The notes under the pieces are model-generated. The model was not told where the DNA came from, did not search any database, and saw nothing but the letters and a program-made list of their open reading frames with translations. Positions 9,868 to 18,976 of a stretch of DNA of 64,000 nucleotides are shown in pieces. Position 1 is the stretch's first letter; each line of letters begins with the position of its first letter. Position numbers and translations under genes: made by a program. The DNA is from Abditibacteriaceae bacterium (GTDB taxonomy: Bacteria; Armatimonadota; Abditibacteriia; Abditibacteriales; Abditibacteriaceae): NCBI GenBank assembly GCA_031425655.1, contig JANPJS010000306.1, positions 1-64,000 on the forward strand. The letters are read 5' to 3'.

Positions 9868-9898
9868 AAAAAAGGGCACCCTTCGGGGTGCCTTTTTT
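9868..9898. terminator. Bidirectional intrinsic terminator
   Basis: aaaaaagggcaccc-ttcg-gggtgcctttttt between convergent genes. Confidence 0.8.
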
Positions 9899-11084
9899 AT
9901 TTGGCTTCGAGGTCTATCGCGCCGGGATCGTAAGCCAGCGGAGAAAGCACGCCTTGCTGTTTCAATTCCTGCACCAAACGCGACGATTCGGCGCAAATCA
10001 GGCGCACTAAATCGGGGTTTTGGCCGTTTTTATAAAGCTGTTGTGCAATGGCGCAAATCGCCGCGATGGGATTGAGCAGGGTGTCTTCGACCGAGGCTTG
10101 CGGCGGGAGCGCGGCAATGGCCGACACAACAGCAGGAGGCTGGGCAGAAGACGCGCCCATTGCGGCGCGGTCGGCGATTTCGGCTAAGGCGATAGCACCC
10201 CAATCGTCATCGGAACTGGCCATAAGTGGGTCTCCGGTAAGGCGCGGCGGCAAACCTGCGAAACTGCGCAGTTGGGCGCCAACCGCCAGATAAAGCGGTG
10301 TGTTTTCCATATCACGTTCGCGGCTGACGCCATAATCGTCGCGGTGCGTGCCGTAAAAAACCGGCTCGGTCGCGGCGTAAGTCACGAATAAAAGCGCGAT
10401 GAATTGCTGAAATATCTTCTTGTCGAAAGTGTAGCGATTGAGGTAATTTTCGTCTTCGAGCACACTGTCCAGCACATCGGAAAACAAAGCCACTAAAAAG
10501 TCGCGCTCGGACACTCGTGCGATGCGCGCAGCGGTTTCGCTGTTGTGAAATTCGTAAAGATAACGCGGCGAAGCGTTCATGCCGTTGGCCTGCTCGAAGC
10601 TGGCGACCGACGAAAACACGTTGACTTTCATCGCCGTATCAATATCGTAACGCGAAATTCCGTGTTCAATCAGCTTAAGCGTCCACGCCTTGAAACTCGT
10701 CAGATCAGTGCCAAGAAAATGCGCTTTTTTGGCGATTAATCGCTCCAGAAGTTCCATTAAGCGCCACGTCAGGTTGCGGCGCGCATCCTGAATCATTTCG
10801 CCCAGTTCCACTTGCATTTCCGGGTCGTTGGGAAACAATTCCAACGTCTCGAAAGAAGTGCGAATGACCGCGAAATCGTTCAAATCGTCTTCGAGGCAGG
10901 GATAAGCGATGCCGAGTTGCAGATCGTGGGGAATTTCCTGCACGGTTCCCGCGTTGGTGATGCCGGAATCGGGCGGCGCAAGCGTATAAAAGCGATTATT
11001 GGTCGAGAGACTTTTGATGAGCGCCACCCGCGCGTCGTCGCGGTGATGGGCGGCGCGATGCGAGGAAGAGGACGCGGTGTTCAC
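9897..11084 (-). CDS. Hypothetical protein with a degenerate HisKA-like C-terminal helical hairpin
   Basis: 395-aa ORF directly downstream of the GGDEF-EAL gene; no family recognised for the main body. Confidence 0.65.
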   Translation of the reverse strand: MNTASSSSHRAAHHRDDARVALIKSLSTNNRFYTLAPPDSGITNAGTVQEIPHDLQLGIAYPCLEDDLNDFAVIRTSFETLELFPNDPEMQVELGEMIQDARRNLTWRLMELLERLIAKKAHFLGTDLTSFKAWTLKLIEHGISRYDIDTAMKVNVFSSVASFEQANGMNASPRYLYEFHNSETAARIARVSERDFLVALFSDVLDSVLEDENYLNRYTFDKKIFQQFIALLFVTYAATEPVFYGTHRDDYGVSRERDMENTPLYLAVGAQLRSFAGLPPRLTGDPLMASSDDDWGAIALAEIADRAAMGASSAQPPAVVSAIAALPPQASVEDTLLNPIAAICAIAQQLYKNGQNPDLVRLICAESSRLVQELKQQGVLSPLAYDPGAIDLEAK

Positions 11085-11123
11085 AAATAATCACTCGTTT
11101 GGGCAGGGTGTCTAACTTGCGGC

Positions 11124-14100
11124 TTACCACGTTGGATTGCGCTGGATCAATTTGAAAGCGTCTTCGGCAGTCAGAGGGCGCGAAAAGAGATAGCCCTGGC
11201 CGTAATCGCAGTCCAGTTTACGCAAAATATCGAGTTGTTCCTGCGTTTCCACGCCTTCGGCCACCACAGCCATCGCCAAATTCTTTGACAGCATGATAAT
11301 GGTGCGCACGATTTCTTCTTCGCCGTGGTCGCCCATGCGGGCCACGAAACTGCGATCTATTTTCAGCGTATCGAGCGGGAAGCGATGCAGATAACTCAGA
11401 CTCGAATAACCGGTGCCGAAGTCGTCAATCGAAAGCTGAATGCCCATTTCGCGCATTTCCAGTAGCATGGAGGCTGCGGTTTCGGCGTTGTCCATGATGG
11501 CGCTTTCCGTGATCTCCAATTTCAGACGCCGCGGCTCGAAGTTTGTGGCGGTGAGCGCTTGTTGAACTTGTTCCACAAGATCGCTGCTTGAGAATTGCTT
11601 GCTCGACAAATTGACGCTCATAAAAAGCGGCAAATTCCCGCCGGCGCGCTCCTGCCATTCCATCATCTGGCGGCAGGATTCGCGCAGCATCCACTGATCG
11701 AGCGGGACAATCAGACCGGTATCTTCGGCTACGGGAATGAAATCGCCGGGCGAAATCATGCCACGCGACGGATGAAGCCAGCGCGCCAAGGCTTCAAAGC
11801 CGGCGATGCGCCCGCTTTTTAGCTCGACAATCGCCTGATAATAGACTTCGAACGATTGCTTTTCCAGCGCGCGGCGCAAGTCGCTTTCCAGGCGCAGCAA
11901 GCGCACGGCGCGCTCGTGCATCGCGGTGTCGAAAATTTCGCGCCGCCCCATGCCCAAGGATTTGGCGCGAGCGACCGCGATTTCCGCATCGCGCAATACG
12001 TCGGCGGCGTGCTCGTAGCCGGTCGTGGAAAGAGCGATGCCCACGCTGATCGAAGGCGCAAATTCGTGTTCGCCAAGCATGAAAACCTGCGACAATTCTT
12101 GTTGAAACCGCTCGGCAACGCGCGTGGCATCGTTGGCATCGGCGATGTCGTCGAGCAAAACCGCGAACTCGTCTCCGCCGATGCGTGCTGGTGTGTCGCC
12201 AAGGCGCAGACAACCCGCAATGCGGCGCGCCATTTCTTTAATCATCAAGTCGCCGGACGCGTGGCCCAAACTGTCATTGATGTTTTTAAAGCGATCCACA
12301 TCCAAGAACAGCACAGCGAATTTGTAATCGGATTTGCGTTGCGCACGGCCCACGGCCTGATCCAGGCGATTTATAAATAGCGCGCGGTTGGGCAGACCGG
12401 TGAGCGTATCGTAAAAAGCGTTGCGGTGGAGCTGTTTTTCGGCTTGTTTGCGTCCGGTGACATCGGTGTGCGAGCCGGCCATGCGCACCGCTCGGCCTTC
12501 CTCGTTGCGAATGACGAGGCCACGGCTGAGCATCCAACGATAAGTGCCGTTTTTGTGCAGCATTTGATATTCCTGCTCGAAATGCGGCGTTTTTCCGCTG
12601 ATGTGCGCGCTGAGAGTGTCGCGCAGAAGGCCGATTTCTTCAGGATGCACGCGGCGGAACCATTCGTCGGGATTTTGACTGATTTCGTTGTCCTCGCAGC
12701 CCATCATTTCTTTCCAGCGCGGCGAGAAATACATCGCGTTGGAAATTAAATTCCAGTCCCACAGGCCGTCGTTGGCGCCGCGCACCGCCAACGCGTAGCG
12801 TTCTTCGGCCAATCGAAGCTGCTGAGAATCGGCGATTTGCTGAATGCCGAGGGCCGCGGCGCAGGCGATGGCCGCGCCCACGAGAGCGATTCCGACCGGC
12901 AAATAATAATTACCGAACGCGAGTAGCATAGCGGACAACGTGTAAACGCTGAAGCACAGCAGGCCGAACAAAACAGCGGTGGATTTGGCGTTGCGACCAG
13001 AGGCCATAAGTCCGGCCAAAGCGGACAGCATCAAGATCAAAGCGACTTGAAGCCAGTCCGGCGCTTCTCGGAGCAGGCGGTTGCTGAGAATATCGTCGAG
13101 CGCATTGGCCTGCACCAGCACGGCGGGAAAATTCGGCGAAAACGGCGTGGCGTGATGCTCGTAGGCGCCCGCCGCCGCGATGCCGATGAGGATGACTTTG
13201 CCTTTGAATTCCTCATCGCGGTGAGCGTTGGTATCGAGCGCTTCGCGGAAAGTAAGCGGGTTGAATCGGACATTTTGCCCGACCCAGTTGATCAGCGTTT
13301 CGCCGTCGGAGTTGAGTGGAATGCGTCTTTTCTCGCCGCCGGGCAACGGCAGCACAACTTCGCCGCCCGCTTGGCCGTGCGATTCGACGCGAATCGCGGA
13401 ACGTGGCACATCCAAAAAATGTGCGGCAGTCGCTAAGGCCAGCGAAGGATAAAGCCGTTCCTGCTCGCCGATTTCACGGCTCCCGGTTTCAACACGTTGC
13501 ACAAATCGAATGACATTGGGCACCCGGCGCAGAGCGCCGTCCCATTCGGGATAAACCGTGACGTGCCCGATGCCCACAGCGCCTGCTAACAATTGCGGAC
13601 GCGCCGTATAACCCGACGTCGCGGTCAGACACGAAAGATCATTCGGCAAGGCCAGGCTGAAGCGTTCCGGCACACGACTGAGTCTGTCGCGCGGGGCTTG
13701 GCCGGAAGGATAGTCGGTCTCCGGGCGAATGGGTTGCAACGCCAGGGGATCAATTTGCGCCTGCAAATAAAAGTTGGCGGCATGAACGACGTTACCGGCG
13801 TTGGCAATCGCGTCGCCCAGAGCGATATCTTCCAACGGCAGGGCTTTCGGGCCTTTGCCAGCGGCCTCATCGCGCTCGGTTTTGGGCGCGTCTTGTTGAA
13901 ACAGAATATCGAACGCAATCGTTTTTGTGCCCGCTTTATGAAATCGCTCGACCAAACGTGCGTAAATCGAGCGCGGAAGCGGCCAGCCGCCCAACTTTTC
14001 GATGTCGCCTTCTTCCGCTCGCACCACGACGATGTCGCGCGAAAGAGACCGCTTGCCCCGAAACTGGAACATGGTGTCCATAGCCGCGCGGTCGAGCGGT

Positions 14101-14210
14101 TGCAGCCGGTCGGTTGGCCGGATTAAGGTCAGCAAAAGTCCGCAGAGCAGACCGGTGGTCAAGCCTTGCTTTAGGCGGATGGAAAGCGACGGCAGGCGAA
14201 GAAAACGCAT
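11124..14210 (-). CDS. CHASE2-PAS-GGDEF-EAL diguanylate cyclase/phosphodiesterase
   Basis: 'WPLPRS.YA', 'DG.LRR', 3 TM, PAS 'NDGLWDWN', 'RIGGDEF', 'GFEALARW', 'IDDFGTGYSSL'. Confidence 0.95.
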   Translation of the reverse strand: MRFLRLPSLSIRLKQGLTTGLLCGLLLTLIRPTDRLQPLDRAAMDTMFQFRGKRSLSRDIVVVRAEEGDIEKLGGWPLPRSIYARLVERFHKAGTKTIAFDILFQQDAPKTERDEAAGKGPKALPLEDIALGDAIANAGNVVHAANFYLQAQIDPLALQPIRPETDYPSGQAPRDRLSRVPERFSLALPNDLSCLTATSGYTARPQLLAGAVGIGHVTVYPEWDGALRRVPNVIRFVQRVETGSREIGEQERLYPSLALATAAHFLDVPRSAIRVESHGQAGGEVVLPLPGGEKRRIPLNSDGETLINWVGQNVRFNPLTFREALDTNAHRDEEFKGKVILIGIAAAGAYEHHATPFSPNFPAVLVQANALDDILSNRLLREAPDWLQVALILMLSALAGLMASGRNAKSTAVLFGLLCFSVYTLSAMLLAFGNYYLPVGIALVGAAIACAAALGIQQIADSQQLRLAEERYALAVRGANDGLWDWNLISNAMYFSPRWKEMMGCEDNEISQNPDEWFRRVHPEEIGLLRDTLSAHISGKTPHFEQEYQMLHKNGTYRWMLSRGLVIRNEEGRAVRMAGSHTDVTGRKQAEKQLHRNAFYDTLTGLPNRALFINRLDQAVGRAQRKSDYKFAVLFLDVDRFKNINDSLGHASGDLMIKEMARRIAGCLRLGDTPARIGGDEFAVLLDDIADANDATRVAERFQQELSQVFMLGEHEFAPSISVGIALSTTGYEHAADVLRDAEIAVARAKSLGMGRREIFDTAMHERAVRLLRLESDLRRALEKQSFEVYYQAIVELKSGRIAGFEALARWLHPSRGMISPGDFIPVAEDTGLIVPLDQWMLRESCRQMMEWQERAGGNLPLFMSVNLSSKQFSSSDLVEQVQQALTATNFEPRRLKLEITESAIMDNAETAASMLLEMREMGIQLSIDDFGTGYSSLSYLHRFPLDTLKIDRSFVARMGDHGEEEIVRTIIMLSKNLAMAVVAEGVETQEQLDILRKLDCDYGQGYLFSRPLTAEDAFKLIQRNPTW

Positions 14211-14266
14211 GAAGGTTGCGCTTGATTTTACTAAAAGCGTGAAAACCTGAGGTGTTTTTTACTCAT

Positions 14267-14464
14267 TCACCTTACGCAGTGGGATGTGTTAGGCGGATCA
14301 ACCACTGAGGCAGTGAGTCATTCTGAGCTTGCGAAGAATCTCTGCGTAAGCGGCTCCACACTCAGCATGAGCAAAAGCACCGCAGAGGCCGGGATTCTTC
14401 GCAAGCTCAGAATGACAGCGCTTCTTGAATTTGCCTGCCTAACACATCCCACTGCGTAAGGTGA
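14267..14464. mobile_element. MITE-like element with a gtcattctgagc REP-like core
   Basis: Perfect 28-bp outer IR (14267-14294 / 14437-14464); inner 24-bp IR (14317-14340 / 14393-14416); ttactcat repeated on both flanks. Confidence 0.7.
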
Positions 14465-14482
14465 GTTACTCATAAAGCGACA

Positions 14483-14515
14483 AAGAGGCCCGGCGCAAAA
14501 TGCGCCGGGCCTCTT
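14483..14515. terminator. Hairpin terminator after the pilin-FecR gene
   Basis: aagaggcccggcgca / tgcgccgggcctctt. Confidence 0.7.
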
Positions 14516-14548
14516 GTTACGTTTGAGTTCGGAGGATTAGAAGTCGTC

Positions 14549-15601
14549 TCATTTTCCGCCGCCGCCGCCCAGGCCGCCGCCGCTGTTGCAGGGCGTTGCT
14601 GTTGGCTGCGGTGTCGCTGTGGGTTGAGGCGTTGCTGTAGCTGTTGGAACAGGCGTTGGCGTGACGGCAGGATTGGGATTCAAACCCGGTGATGTAGAAA
14701 CTGTCGAACCAGTAAGTGGCACCGTCGAGCCGGTGTTCACAATGATATGGCTTTTCAGGGTGCTGAGGTAAACCCGGCTTTCCAGCACAGTCAGAGTTCC
14801 GCTTCCATTCGCGTTCATGGAGATACGAAATTCAGTTCCCAGCGCACCCGCCGTAGCGGTTGGGGTGGCCACGTCAAATTTTGAGCCGTGATTGATGGTG
14901 TAGAGAATCGTGCCCAGAGTTTGGCGCACAACCGTGTAAAGCGGCCCGCTCGAATTGTTGGCCTTGAACGATTGCAAAACCGTGGTGTCGGCCTGACCCT
15001 GCAAGGTGCAAGTGGAATTGTCGGCGAAGCGAATAACGGCGCCTCCGCCGGCAGCGGTGCGAATGCGGTCGCCGCCATGAAGCACCATGCCGGAAATCGC
15101 CGTTACCTGACTTTGGCCGGGGCGTTCGACCGTAGCACCACTCGCCTCGTCTAAACGTGCGGGTTTGGTGGCGAACTGGCGAGTGTATTTGCCCTTGAAT
15201 GCCTGCGCGCCGTGGCCGTTGGTGTTCTCATGGAAAGGACAAACCAAAGTTGGGAAATCGGGATCGTCGTGAGCGGCACGGATCATATAAAAGTCGCCAT
15301 ACGAGCCGTCGTCCCGCACGTCCTGCGGGCAGCGCAGATCATCGTCGTCATGCAGATAATGCTTGGTGCGCAGTTCCGTCAAATTGGCTGGAAAAGCGCC
15401 GGTTTCCTGGCGCCGCGCATCCAGTGCCAAAGCGATGGTTTTAAGCCGCGCATCACATTGTGCCCGTCGCGCCGACGCGCGCCCATCGCTAAAGGCACTG
15501 AAAAGCAGTGTGGTCAGCATTGAGCAGATGCCCAGAGTGACCACCAACTGCACCAGAGTGAAACCCCGTTGTGGTGCGGATCGCCGTGTCGTGTGTCGCA
15601 T
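14549..15601 (-). CDS. Prepilin-type N-terminal protein fused to a FecR-like domain with a Pro/Thr tail
   Basis: 'RG|FTLVQLVV...ARRAQC'; 'GDRIRT...A.IRFAD.S...L', 'F.V.TPTA.AG..GTEF'. Confidence 0.8.
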   Translation of the reverse strand: MRHTTRRSAPQRGFTLVQLVVTLGICSMLTTLLFSAFSDGRASARRAQCDARLKTIALALDARRQETGAFPANLTELRTKHYLHDDDDLRCPQDVRDDGSYGDFYMIRAAHDDPDFPTLVCPFHENTNGHGAQAFKGKYTRQFATKPARLDEASGATVERPGQSQVTAISGMVLHGGDRIRTAAGGGAVIRFADNSTCTLQGQADTTVLQSFKANNSSGPLYTVVRQTLGTILYTINHGSKFDVATPTATAGALGTEFRISMNANGSGTLTVLESRVYLSTLKSHIIVNTGSTVPLTGSTVSTSPGLNPNPAVTPTPVPTATATPQPTATPQPTATPCNSGGGLGGGGGK

Positions 15602-15950
15602 AAAATAAATCCTCTGCCTGATAGCAAATCTTGCCTGTTCCCATCCCGCAGGCGGGCGCTTAACATTTACCTTGAAAGCGCCTGCACGGGTCGTTTTACG
15701 CTACGCATTTAAATTGCCAATCGCCATTAACAAGCTGCGAAAATGATTTTCTTATTTCCTCAAGCCATGTACAGATTGCGCGCAGTGGGCGCAGTCGTCA
15801 TCAATCAGGGGCACTATAATTGTTGCCGAACTGCTTGATCTTTGCAAAGTAGCCGCGTAAAAAACGGTGTTGTCGGCCATGTTTTGGAGCCGTTTCCCGC
15901 GCTACACCTTGCAAGGCGCGGCGCGAAGACATAGAAACAAAAGTGTGCCT

Positions 15951-17237
15951 ATGAAATGTCTCGGCTTCGCCGCATTACTTCTCATTTGTCCCGCGTTGGC
16001 GCAGAACGCGCCGGATGCCGTGAGCGCTCCGGTCATGCCGCCGTTGGATAGCATGGTTGCTTTGGTGCCGTGCCACGATCCGTGGCAGGCGGCGCGCGAA
16101 CGCTGGTTCGATGTCGCCGACAACCCGTTTGAAGGGTTTATGGACGGCACGCCAGCCTTTAATTACGCCAAGGCGCAGGTCACGCTGCACTATGCCAAAA
16201 CGCCGCCGGTGCCGTATTTTTTGGGACGCATTGTAGCGCGCGGCCTGAAGCCGAATTTCTCGTATCAACTGAAATTAACGGGCAAGCCCGGCAAAGGCGT
16301 CTGGAATTGGGGCGCCCAAAGCGATGAATGGGCCAATCAGCAGCTTGGATTTGCGGGCCGCTGGTTTTGCGGCCATCCCGTGCATAAAAGCGGCACGAAC
16401 TTTGACGACAATCACTTCCGCGAATACTATCAAAATGCCTTGCCGGGCGCCGAACACAACATCGGCGGCTACATTTTTATGGGCGAATTCGTGACCGACG
16501 GGCAGGGCAACGCCGATGAGCAATTCTGGGGCGAACATCCGTATCACATTAAATGGCTGTCGTGGCAAAGTGGCGCAAAAGACGTTTGGGCCGGCCAATC
16601 GGTGTTACAGCCGACGAGTTACGGCTATGGCGCCGCGCCGCCGCCGCCCGGCGCGGTTGGAGCCTATTACGAAAACGAGCCGGGACGCGCGCAGCCGCTA
16701 ACCCTCGCACCCGGCAGCTACAATTGCCGCTTTGTCGTTACCGAGGAGTCGTTTCACAATCCGGTCAACGCGCGCGGCGCCGGAGGCTACTGGAAAACCG
16801 TTTTGGCCAGCGAAGATTATCTTTACAATGCCGACGGGCACATGATCGGCCACGATACCAACCCGAAAAACGACGTGCTCTTCACCATCGGCGATGCTCC
16901 CGCGCTGCGCGAGATGAAGGTTTATGTCACTGGCGTTGCGGGCACCAAACACGGCGATAAATGGCACGCTCAGGCGCGCGTCGTGGTCACGGACGCGCTC
17001 AATCGGCGCATTCGCGGCGCGCGAGTGCAAGGCGTTTGGTCGGGGCCGGCGAGCAATGCTTTAGCGTCCGCCACCACGGGCGCCGATGGACGCAGCGACG
17101 GCTTCGCACTGCTGGACGCGCCCGCTATTGAAGCGAAATCCGGTGCGGTTTTCAAATTCACCGTGACCAAAGTCGAAAAAACAGGCCGCACTTGGAATTA
17201 CGCGCAGTTTCCCGCCGCTGCGGCGCGCGTGCCGTGA
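15951..17237 (+). CDS. Secreted protein: unrecognised domain (paralog of 3208..5025) plus an Ig-like C-terminal domain
   Basis: Signal peptide MKCLGFAALL...ALA; extensive visible identity to the paralog. Confidence 0.75.
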   Translation: MKCLGFAALLLICPALAQNAPDAVSAPVMPPLDSMVALVPCHDPWQAARERWFDVADNPFEGFMDGTPAFNYAKAQVTLHYAKTPPVPYFLGRIVARGLKPNFSYQLKLTGKPGKGVWNWGAQSDEWANQQLGFAGRWFCGHPVHKSGTNFDDNHFREYYQNALPGAEHNIGGYIFMGEFVTDGQGNADEQFWGEHPYHIKWLSWQSGAKDVWAGQSVLQPTSYGYGAAPPPPGAVGAYYENEPGRAQPLTLAPGSYNCRFVVTEESFHNPVNARGAGGYWKTVLASEDYLYNADGHMIGHDTNPKNDVLFTIGDAPALREMKVYVTGVAGTKHGDKWHAQARVVVTDALNRRIRGARVQGVWSGPASNALASATTGADGRSDGFALLDAPAIEAKSGAVFKFTVTKVEKTGRTWNYAQFPAAAARVP

Positions 17238-17257
17238 ATTTTCAGGAGACAAAACCC

Positions 17258-18418
17258 ATGAACGATTTCTCTCGCCGTTCCTTTCTGCGCGCCGCCGCCG
17301 CAAGCTTGCCTGTGGCGCTTTCGGCACACGAGCTTTTCGCGCAGAACGCGCAAAGCCAGGCCAGCGTGCCCATTTTGCGTGGGCGTGACCCAGAAAACTA
17401 TGAATTTCCCTTCGATCTCGATGCGTTCTGGACGCACAAAGACCGCTTCTTCGTCAACAGCACTTTTGGCATCGCGCGCCAGGGCCAGCGCGAATGGCGT
17501 TTGCAAGTCGAAGGCGCCGTCACGCGCCCATTCGAGCTAACTTACGATGATTTGCTGACCATGCCCTCGCGCACCGTTGGCGCGGTGCTGGAAGACCCCG
17601 GCAATAATCGTATGTCCATCAACGAGCGCGGCACGCCGTGGGGAATCGGCGCCGTCGGCTGCGCGCAATGGACGGGCGTGTCGCTCAGCGATGTGCTGAA
17701 CCGCGCCGGGCTGCGGCCCGAAGGCATCGAAGTCATCTTCGAGAGCGCCGAAGCCGGCGAAATTAAAGACGAGCCGCGCTCGCCGGGCCGCGTTAATATC
17801 GCGCGCAGCATTCCCATCAAAAAGGCGCTCAGCAGCGAGGTTTTGCTGGCTTATAAGATGAACGGCGAAGATTTGCGGCAGGAACTCGGCGGGCCTGTGC
17901 GCCTTGTTGTGCCTGGATGGTATGGAAATGCGTGGGTCAAATGGCTGCAACGCTTGGTCGTGACCGGCGCGCCGTTCGAGGGCTATTTCCAAAAGTTCGA
18001 CAACACAATTTGGGAGCGGCGCAACGGTTTTGCGATTCTTTCGCCCGTCACGGAATTGCAACCCAAAGCGCAGATCGCGGCGCCAATTATATATCAACGT
18101 GTCAAAGCCAAAAATACGCACCGCGTTTTCGGCGCGGCGTGGGCGGGCGAAGCCGAAGTCACCGCCGTAGATATTTCCGCCGACGACGGCAAAACCTGGC
18201 AAAGCGCGCGATTACTCGATTCGCCGACCGGCGCCGGGCCGTTTGCGTGGAAATTCTGGGAATATCAATGGATGGCGCCGCCCAAAGGCGGGCGCATCAA
18301 CTTACAAGCCCGCGCCACAGACGCGCGAGGCCGCGTCCAACCCACCCAGCGCGATTCCGACCGTCGTAACGTAATGATTAGCCACGTTTTGCCAGTTCCG
18401 GTGGAGGTGTATGAATGA
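17258..18418 (+). CDS. Tat-exported sulfite oxidase/SoxC-like molybdopterin protein lacking the Mo-ligating Cys
   Basis: 'SRRSFL' Tat motif; 'WTGVSLSDVL', 'AYKMNGE', 'PVRLVVPGWYG..WVKWL', 'ARATD..G.VQP'. Confidence 0.85.
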   Translation: MNDFSRRSFLRAAAASLPVALSAHELFAQNAQSQASVPILRGRDPENYEFPFDLDAFWTHKDRFFVNSTFGIARQGQREWRLQVEGAVTRPFELTYDDLLTMPSRTVGAVLEDPGNNRMSINERGTPWGIGAVGCAQWTGVSLSDVLNRAGLRPEGIEVIFESAEAGEIKDEPRSPGRVNIARSIPIKKALSSEVLLAYKMNGEDLRQELGGPVRLVVPGWYGNAWVKWLQRLVVTGAPFEGYFQKFDNTIWERRNGFAILSPVTELQPKAQIAAPIIYQRVKAKNTHRVFGAAWAGEAEVTAVDISADDGKTWQSARLLDSPTGAGPFAWKFWEYQWMAPPKGGRINLQARATDARGRVQPTQRDSDRRNVMISHVLPVPVEVYE

Positions 18419-18959
18419 AACGGCAGTCGGAGAAGTGTTCGTGAGAGAGAAAGAAGTTTTAGTAATGCTGCTGCCGTGCCTTTTATTAGGTGGCGCGGGA
18501 TTTTTTGCTGCGAGGCGCGAATCTGAGCAGGCTAAAATTGATGCGGCCAACGCTAAGATTGGCGCCGCCCAATCTAAAATTGGCACCGCCCCATCTAAGA
18601 TTGCCGTTGCCCAAGCTCAACCCTGGCTTAATGCAACTACCAAACTTATCGTAAAAGAATTGAAAATTGGCAATGGGACGGTAGCGACCAACGGTAAAAG
18701 ATTAACCGTGCATTACAGCGGCAGGTTCACTAATGGCGTCAAGTTCGATGCATCTCTGGATCGCGGTGAACCTTTTGATTTTCAGTTAGGCGCCGGCGAG
18801 GTTATAGCGGGTTGGGATCGGGGTTTGGTTGGCATGAAAGTCAATGGCAGGCGAGAGCTAATCATTCCTCCTGCATTGGCCTATGGAAAGACCGCCACAG
18901 GAGGCATTCCACCCAACTCAGTTTTAATTTACACCGTTCAATTGTTGCAAGTGGATTAG
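18411..18959 (+). CDS. Membrane-anchored FKBP-type peptidyl-prolyl isomerase
   Basis: 'VHYSG.F.NG.KFD.S.DRG.PF.F.LG.G.VI.GWD', 'IPP.LAYG'. Confidence 0.92.
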   Translation: MNETAVGEVFVREKEVLVMLLPCLLLGGAGFFAARRESEQAKIDAANAKIGAAQSKIGTAPSKIAVAQAQPWLNATTKLIVKELKIGNGTVATNGKRLTVHYSGRFTNGVKFDASLDRGEPFDFQLGAGEVIAGWDRGLVGMKVNGRRELIIPPALAYGKTATGGIPPNSVLIYTVQLLQVD

Positions 18960-18976
18960 ACTTTTCAGTTCTCCTC

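Noticed and set aside
15602..15950. c-di-GMP riboswitch near the pilin-FecR gene
   Set aside because: A hairpin is possible (cccgcaggcg...cgcctgcacggg) but the class I/II consensus is not recognisable; an Rfam scan would settle it.
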